Below are positions 58,515 through 64,000 of a DNA stretch of 64,000 nucleotides, one piece after another; positions within the stretch are counted from its first letter, which is position 1, and each line of letters opens with the position of its first letter. This DNA comes from an uncultured Clostridia bacterium (GTDB lineage Bacteria; Bacillota; Clostridia; Oscillospirales; Acutalibacteraceae). The notes beneath the pieces were generated by a model. That model worked only from the letters and a program-made list of their open reading frames with translations, did no database searches and was not told the origin of the DNA. The DNA lies in contig CAMHHL010000001.1 in the NCBI GenBank assembly GCA_946184925.1, positions 4,974 to 68,973 of the forward strand, read 5' to 3'. A program made the position numbers and the translations under genes.

Positions 58515-60443
58515 TTACTTATAGTCATCCTCAATGCAGAAGTACGGAGCGATGATATCGGCGGCGTTAAGCTTGTAGAGCACGTTGTCATTCACAGGAA
58601 CCGCCTGCGGGTCACTCACTTCCTTTTCGTCTCCGTTTGAAAACTCAATCTGACTGTATAGATAACGGTTCACGGATATCTTATAGATTCCGTGGCCGTT
58701 TTCGTCTTTCTTGACGAAGGTCATCGGCACACCGTTCTGCTCGGTTTTTGCGGAACTGAGGTTCGCATACACCTTGTCCCAGTCCTTCGAGTTGGTGAAA
58801 TAGATTGTCACATCTCCGCGGTGATTGTAGGCTGAAAGCTCGGTGTATTCCTCAATAAGCCGACGGCTCCACTCCTCAGTGTCCTCAGCCTTGTCCGCTT
58901 CGGCTACGGTTTTCTTCAAACGCTGATAGCAGTCGTAAGAGCTGAGAGTGTACAGCTTGCCGAGCAGCTCCTTTGCTGCGCCGGCAAGATAGTCTGCAGA
59001 ACCGCTGTCGCCGGTTCTGCTCCCCGGGAAAATCACTTCGCTCTCAAAGGTCGCGAGGAATGCGGCTTTGTCGGCGAGCAGGTCGGGGATTTTTCTGACA
59101 GGCTCGGGCCTGCGTGCGGTGTAGGCACTGCGGCAGCCCTCCATAATATAGCAGGAAAGCGGATAAATCTTGTCGTGATAGAGATTCTCTCCGTTATATA
59201 TTATCTCGTCGTCGAACACCTGAACATAGTAGCCTTCCGTAAAATCCTTATACTCGTCACCTTGGCTTCCGACATAGCTGAGCTTGTGGGAGCTTTCGTT
59301 GATAATCGTAGGACAGCAGACGGAGCTGTTGTGAATCATATGGCATGCGGTATCGTTCATATTGGAATAGTTGTAGCCGTATTTGAACGCAATGTGGGTG
59401 TGCCCCGACATCCAGACCACCTTCGGGTGCGCCCGGAGAATATCGCGGAAGCGAACGGTCGATTTGTGCTTGACCGACAACGGCACATCATAATAATTAT
59501 TCTCGTCGTCGCCGGCGCCGTAGCTTTCAATCAAGGCATGCTGAACAACGTATATGTTCCTGCCCTTGTCGTAATACTTGTTGATTATTCCCTCGAACCA
59601 GTCGAGCTGCTCATCTGAAAACTCATCTTCATCATAGGGGTTGAAGTTGGTTTCCAGCGCGCAGAAAATGAAAATGTCGCCGCTTTTCGGCTCTTCTATC
59701 ATAAAATACGGTTTGTCACCCTCAACTCCCGTCGCTGACATAAAGGCGCTGAGCATCGACTCCGGCGTTCCGACGCGCAGCTCATGGTTGCCGTCGCTCT
59801 CATAAACCGGGTTGTTAAAATCGGAATCAGCGAGGATTTCCTGATATTTGTCAAATTCCTTCGCCGGGCCCTCTCCGTTGGTGATATTATCGCCGGAGGT
59901 GACGATAAAATCCGCTCCGCGCCTTGCGGCGGTTTCGAGCGCCTTTTGCCAGTGGAGCTCGCTGTGTCGGTAGAACACGCTGCTCGCCTCGTCGATGTGG
60001 ATATCCGAATAACTCATGAAGGTGTAGTTTATGTCCTTCGACGAATAGCCGAGCCGCTTTTCGGCAGGTATATCGTACACCGCCGCCGCGGAGGCAACGG
60101 TCGGATTGTTTTTATCCTTGCAGACTATCAGCTTTTCGGCGTCAACCGGGATTGCGGTGTGCTCGCCGAATTCAACCTTTGCAAAGCCGGATTTCACGTT
60201 CATTTCGGAAATTTCGTAATATCCGTCGAGCGCCTTTTCTCCGTTCGCCCAGAAGAGGAAATACTTTCCGTCGTCAAGCCCGGTGAGCGTTATTGTGCCC
60301 TCGGCGTAGCCCGGCTTGTTCTGTTCATCGCCGGAAAAGCTGTAGTTGATTTTCGCCGCAGCCGAAGTGTTGACAGCCGCAGCCGCTAGGAGCATCGCGG
60401 CAATACAGGTTACCGCGGTCAGTTTTTTCAGAAAAATTTTCAT
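58515..60443 (-). CDS. Secreted calcineurin-like metallophosphoesterase with C-terminal CBM26-like segment
   Basis: Signal peptide; SDIH, SGDIT, GNHE, GHTH motifs; C-terminal IYFTNSKDWDKVY...GVPMT...IYKI...IEFSNG. Confidence 0.82.
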   Translation of the reverse strand: MKIFLKKLTAVTCIAAMLLAAAAVNTSAAAKINYSFSGDEQNKPGYAEGTITLTGLDDGKYFLFWANGEKALDGYYEISEMNVKSGFAKVEFGEHTAIPVDAEKLIVCKDKNNPTVASAAAVYDIPAEKRLGYSSKDINYTFMSYSDIHIDEASSVFYRHSELHWQKALETAARRGADFIVTSGDNITNGEGPAKEFDKYQEILADSDFNNPVYESDGNHELRVGTPESMLSAFMSATGVEGDKPYFMIEEPKSGDIFIFCALETNFNPYDEDEFSDEQLDWFEGIINKYYDKGRNIYVVQHALIESYGAGDDENNYYDVPLSVKHKSTVRFRDILRAHPKVVWMSGHTHIAFKYGYNYSNMNDTACHMIHNSSVCCPTIINESSHKLSYVGSQGDEYKDFTEGYYVQVFDDEIIYNGENLYHDKIYPLSCYIMEGCRSAYTARRPEPVRKIPDLLADKAAFLATFESEVIFPGSRTGDSGSADYLAGAAKELLGKLYTLSSYDCYQRLKKTVAEADKAEDTEEWSRRLIEEYTELSAYNHRGDVTIYFTNSKDWDKVYANLSSAKTEQNGVPMTFVKKDENGHGIYKISVNRYLYSQIEFSNGDEKEVSDPQAVPVNDNVLYKLNAADIIAPYFCIEDDYK

Positions 60444-60558
60444 ATAATTCACCGCTTTTTTCAAAACTTTTGAAGCTGTATTAATTTTACAATGATTTTG
60501 TTTATTTTTCAATAAAAATCTGCCTTATATTGCGCATACTATCCTTGAGGTGAAAGCA

Positions 60559-60738
60559 ATGAAAAGATATCTTGATTATGACGAGGATTATCCTGTCTAT
60601 CCCGGGGAAGATAACCTCGGTTTTCCGGCGTCGTCATATGATATGACGGGGCTGATTCCCTCGGCGCCCGAAAGCGACGACGAGGCGCAGGCATATGAAG
60701 AAATTTACCCTTACGCTCCGGACGATATACAAGAGTAA
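60559..60738 (+). CDS. Small acidic hypothetical protein
   Basis: 59 aa, GAGGTG RBS, ASSYDMTGLIP...EEIYPY, followed by terminator. Confidence 0.7.
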   Translation: MKRYLDYDEDYPVYPGEDNLGFPASSYDMTGLIPSAPESDDEAQAYEEIYPYAPDDIQE

Positions 60739-60741
60739 AAA

Positions 60742-60768
60742 GCGGCTGTCACCTGAGTGACAGCCGTT
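60742..60768. terminator. Bidirectional terminator
   Basis: gcggctgtcac / gtgacagccgt. Confidence 0.7.
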
Positions 60769-60778
60769 GCTGCTTTAT

Positions 60779-61588
60779 CTATCTGTCAAAAAACCTTACA
60801 TCCCCGTAGTTGCACACGTATCGCTGAGACTCGTGGAAGTTCGAAATTCCGCTTGCCATCATCGTCGGATTATACATGTAGAGAATTCGGTGCTGAATCG
60901 CCGACTTGTCCATGTCGAAGATATACACAACAGCGTCCTTGACCGTCTGGGTAGCCGGGATGTCGGTTCTGCCGGTGTAGTGAAGCTGACTGATAATCGT
61001 AGCTACGTCATATATTCCGTAAGTCACCATATCGTCCCTGATTGCCTGAGCAATCATCGCCGCGCCGGTAAAGCCGCCGGAGCCGTACTCGCCCATACAG
61101 ATTCGCTCGAGCAAATCCCTGTTCTTGTCGCTGAGTTCGATGTGAACGCTTGAGTAGCTTGTGTCGGGGTTGTCAATCGCGACGAGGTAGCCTGCGTTCC
61201 ACTGAGCGTCATAGGACGCCTTGTTTTCAACCGGAGGAGCGGTGGCGAATTTGAGCGGTTCGGTCGTTTCGGATGCGGTTGTGGGTTGGGTGGCCTTTTT
61301 GGTTGAGGCTTTTGTTTTGGCGGAAGCTTTGGAGGATGTTTTTGAGGTTTTCTTAACACTGACAACCTTGGTCTCAACCTCGACCTCTGTGGGAGGTTCG
61401 GTTGTCTCGGTTTCCGTAACCGGCTCGGTGACAGCCTGAGTAACAGCCGCGGTTGTCGGCTCGGTCTCCGCCTGAGTTGAGGACTGACCTATGCCCTGAA
61501 CGGCGAGCGGAATCCCAATAGCGATGCATAGAGCCGCTATTGCGGAAATGAGTATTATGTTTATCCGTTTCTCAAAAATATTCTTCAA
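60779..61588 (-). CDS. Membrane-anchored SleB/Hydrolase_2-like cell wall hydrolase
   Basis: TTG start after AAAGGAAG; TM, Thr/Glu/Lys-rich linker, NRDLLERICMGEYG..G..GAAMIAQAI, terminal VRFF. Confidence 0.68.
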   Translation of the reverse strand: MKNIFEKRINIILISAIAALCIAIGIPLAVQGIGQSSTQAETEPTTAAVTQAVTEPVTETETTEPPTEVEVETKVVSVKKTSKTSSKASAKTKASTKKATQPTTASETTEPLKFATAPPVENKASYDAQWNAGYLVAIDNPDTSYSSVHIELSDKNRDLLERICMGEYGSGGFTGAAMIAQAIRDDMVTYGIYDVATIISQLHYTGRTDIPATQTVKDAVVYIFDMDKSAIQHRILYMYNPTMMASGISNFHESQRYVCNYGDVRFFDR

Positions 61589-61603
61589 AGTTAAACTTCC
61601 TTT

Positions 61604-61687
61604 TGACGCCTTGCCGAGACTTTTTTGGGCAACATGACGGAACAATATTCAAGCAAGGCGTGCGCCGTAAATTGTGCGGTGTTGCCT
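61604..61687. repeat. 84-bp element, copy 2 (exact reverse complement of 13357-13440)
   Basis: 84/84 identity; fills almost the whole DegT-hydrolase intergenic gap. Confidence 0.97.
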
Positions 61688-61690
61688 TTA

Positions 61691-62896
61691 TTATATCATG
61701 CTGTCGTAGACCTTCTTGAAGGTGTCGATAACATACTGAGCGTCATCGTCCGAAAGAGTTGAGTTCATCGGAAGCGTGAGCTGATTTTTGTGCATATTAT
61801 AGGCATAGGGGAAATCCTTGATGTCAAAGCCCTTGTTCTTATATGCGGAGAGCATCGGGAGCGGCTTGAAGTGAACGTTACACATTACGCCGTTCGCCGC
61901 CATCCTGTTGTAGAACTCGTTGCGGAACTCCGCGTCCTTGCCGAGAAAACGTACAAAATAGAGGTGTCCGTTGCTGCGGTGGTTCTCGCCGGTGTGCTTG
62001 AGCAGCTGAAGATCAAGATCCTTGAACGCTTCGTCATATCTTTTGATAAGCTCATGACGGCGGTCGAGCATTTCCTCATAGCGGTCAAGCTGAGCCAGAC
62101 CGACTGCCGCGAGAATATCGGGCATATTACACTTGTACTGGGTACTCACAACATCATACTCCCATGAAGCGCCGCGGTTTTTCGCGAGGGCGTCCTTGGT
62201 TTGACCGTGGAGCGACCAAAGCATGTACTGCTTATAGATTTTTTCTTCATCAATTCGTCCGCGGAGCCTGTGAACGGCAGCGCCGCCCTCGGCAGTCGTC
62301 ATATTTTTGACCGCGTGGAAGCTGAAGTTGGTGAAATCGGCAATCTCGCCGCACATCTGACCGTGCCAGCGCGCTCCGAACGAATGCGCCGCGTCGCTCA
62401 TTACGACAACCCTGCCCAGAAGCTCCTGGAGCTTGCCCTTGGGGCGGAACTTGTCACGCTGGTTGCGGACAGCCTCAAAAATCCTGTCGTAATCACACAC
62501 AATACCGGCGAGGTCAACCGGGATGATGACCTTGGTGTGCTCGTTAATCGCCGCCTCCATCTTGTCGTAATCCATCTCGAAGGTGCCGGGCTTGCAGTCA
62601 ATCATAACCGGAGTTGCTCCGACATGATAGACAATCGAGCAGGTTGCGGTGTATGTATACGCCGGGAGAATAACCTCATCCTGAGGTCCCACGCCGAGAA
62701 TTCTGAGCGTCATCTCCGCGCAAGAGGTCTGTGACGAAAGACAGACCGCCTGACCTGTGTGGCAGTATTCTCCGATTCTTTTCTCAAGAAGCTTGGTTTT
62801 GGGGCCGGTGGTAATCCAACCGGACTCCAGCACTTCCTTCACCGCGTCAATCTCGTGCTGACCAATATCAGGCGGTGAAAACGGAATATTTCTCAT
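61691..62896 (-). CDS. DegT/DnrJ/EryC1/StrS PLP-dependent sugar aminotransferase
   Basis: IPFSPPDIG, SGWITTGP, DAAHSFG, FSFHAVKNMTTAEGGA, YKCNM. Confidence 0.93.
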   Translation of the reverse strand: MRNIPFSPPDIGQHEIDAVKEVLESGWITTGPKTKLLEKRIGEYCHTGQAVCLSSQTSCAEMTLRILGVGPQDEVILPAYTYTATCSIVYHVGATPVMIDCKPGTFEMDYDKMEAAINEHTKVIIPVDLAGIVCDYDRIFEAVRNQRDKFRPKGKLQELLGRVVVMSDAAHSFGARWHGQMCGEIADFTNFSFHAVKNMTTAEGGAAVHRLRGRIDEEKIYKQYMLWSLHGQTKDALAKNRGASWEYDVVSTQYKCNMPDILAAVGLAQLDRYEEMLDRRHELIKRYDEAFKDLDLQLLKHTGENHRSNGHLYFVRFLGKDAEFRNEFYNRMAANGVMCNVHFKPLPMLSAYKNKGFDIKDFPYAYNMHKNQLTLPMNSTLSDDDAQYVIDTFKKVYDSMI

Positions 62897-63175
62897 CTAA
62901 AAATCCCCTCATTCATTTCTTATATGACAGGTTAAATCAGAAACGCGCACATCGCGCTTTCCTGTTTGTACAGAAGGTGTTCCTCCCATATCAAATGCTT
63001 GTGAAAATTCTTAACAACTATTTTTCCGCAGAACAATACAGATACATTATACTACTACACCCCCGAATTGTAAAGCCTTTTGTTTGTCGTTAATATTACA
63101 AGATTATAACCCTTGGCGGCTTACTTTGTCTGCAAAATGACAAAACCGCCGCACAAAACGCGCGGCGGAGTTAAT

Positions 63176-64000
63176 TTATGAAGCCCGGTCGAACTGGCTG
63201 TTGTAAAGCTCGGCATAGAAGCCGTTTTTCTCGAGAAGCTCATCGTGAGTTCCCTGCTCAATGATGTCGCCGTCCTTCATAACAAGAATGAGGTCGGCGT
63301 CCTTGATGGTTGAAAGCCGATGGGCAATGATAAAGCTGGTTCTGCCCTTCATCAGGTTGTTCATGGCGCGCTGAATGCGGCTCTCGGTTCTTGTATCAAC
63401 GGACGAGGTCGCCTCGTCAAGAATTAGAATCGGGTTGTCGGCGAGAATTGCCCTCGCGATTGTGAGCAGCTGCTTTTGCCCTTGGCTGACGTTGCTCGCG
63501 TCCTCGTTGAGCTCCATGTCATAGCCGTCGGGAAGCGTGCGGATGAAGTGGTCGGCATGGGCTGCCTTCGCGGCGGCGATAACCTCCTCGTCAGTGGCGT
63601 CGAGCCTGCCGTAACGGATGTTCTCCATAATCGTTCCGTTGAACAGCCATGTGTCCTGAAGCACCATTCCGAGAGCTTCCCTGAGCTCGCGGCGGTTGAA
63701 GTCCCTGACGTCGTGGCCGTCAATCTTCACTGAACCGCTGTTTACGTCATAGAACCGCATGAGCAGCTTGACCATAGTGGTCTTGCCTGCTCCGGTGGGG
63801 CCGACAATCGCAATTCGCTGACCCTTGCTGACCTTTGCGGAGAAATCGTGGATGATGATTTTGTCCTCGTTATATCCGAAACGAACGTGGTCAAACTCAA
63901 CGTCGCCCTGAACGGTGGTGATATCGACAGCGTTCTCGGTTGTCTGATCCTCTTCCTCTTCGTCGAGGAACTCAAACACCCTCTCGCCTGCCGCCGCCAT
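63176..64000 (-). CDS. ABC transporter ATP-binding/permease, C-terminal part (start outside window)
   Basis: Walker A GPTGAGKT, signature SQGQKQ, LILDEATSSVD, IAHRLST. Confidence 0.95.
   Translation of the reverse strand: MAAAGERVFEFLDEEEEDQTTENAVDITTVQGDVEFDHVRFGYNEDKIIIHDFSAKVSKGQRIAIVGPTGAGKTTMVKLLMRFYDVNSGSVKIDGHDVRDFNRRELREALGMVLQDTWLFNGTIMENIRYGRLDATDEEVIAAAKAAHADHFIRTLPDGYDMELNEDASNVSQGQKQLLTIARAILADNPILILDEATSSVDTRTESRIQRAMNNLMKGRTSFIIAHRLSTIKDADLILVMKDGDIIEQGTHDELLEKNGFYAELYNSQFDRAS

Noticed and set aside
58512-58517. Convergent stops abutting with no terminator (DUF6062-like and phosphoesterase genes)
   Set aside because: Common in compact genomes; no further signal
61589-61645. 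N-terminal extension MFRHVAQKSLGKAS of ORF 60779-61645, also seen in ORF 13399-13602
   Set aside because: Both are translations of the repeated 84-bp element; a TTG start at 61588 has an RBS and gives a normal TM N-terminus
61604-61687. c-di-AMP (ydaO) or c-di-GMP riboswitch, prompted by TTTTTTGGG/TGGGCA and cell-wall genes downstream
   Set aside because: Other conserved motifs are absent, and the element lies in opposite orientations relative to its two downstream genes

Overview
Mostly core chromosome of a spore-forming, starch-using Clostridia member. Gene content resembles Ruminococcus/Oscillospiraceae; this is an inference, not a database result. It carries glycogen/maltodextrin genes (glgP partial, malQ, glgB, secreted GH13 amylase), cell shape and division genes (mreBCD-pbp, FHA-fused SEDS + PBP, minD, zapA), aminoacyl-tRNA synthetases (glnS, gltX, hisS, aspS), secA, guaB, fba, ilvB, spoIIID and several secreted proteins. 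No rRNA, tRNA, CRISPR array, transposase or integrase was recognised. The unusual content is mostly non-coding. (1) An exact 84-bp sequence occurs twice, inverted and 48 kb apart (13357-13440, 61604-61687), each copy next to the RBS of a secreted cell-envelope protein. The two predicted mRNA leaders are therefore perfectly complementary, and one copy is the 3' half of a ~165-nt highly structured leader. (2) A modular intergenic repeat family (17.2, 25.4, 33.2, 53.2 kb, remnant at 2.8 kb) is built from a 130-bp core, interchangeable heptamer arrays, a REP-like palindrome and a terminator-adjacent module. (3) An AT-richer islet encodes a cohesin-like secreted protein plus an unannotated 47-aa peptide with a RiPP-leader-like motif.
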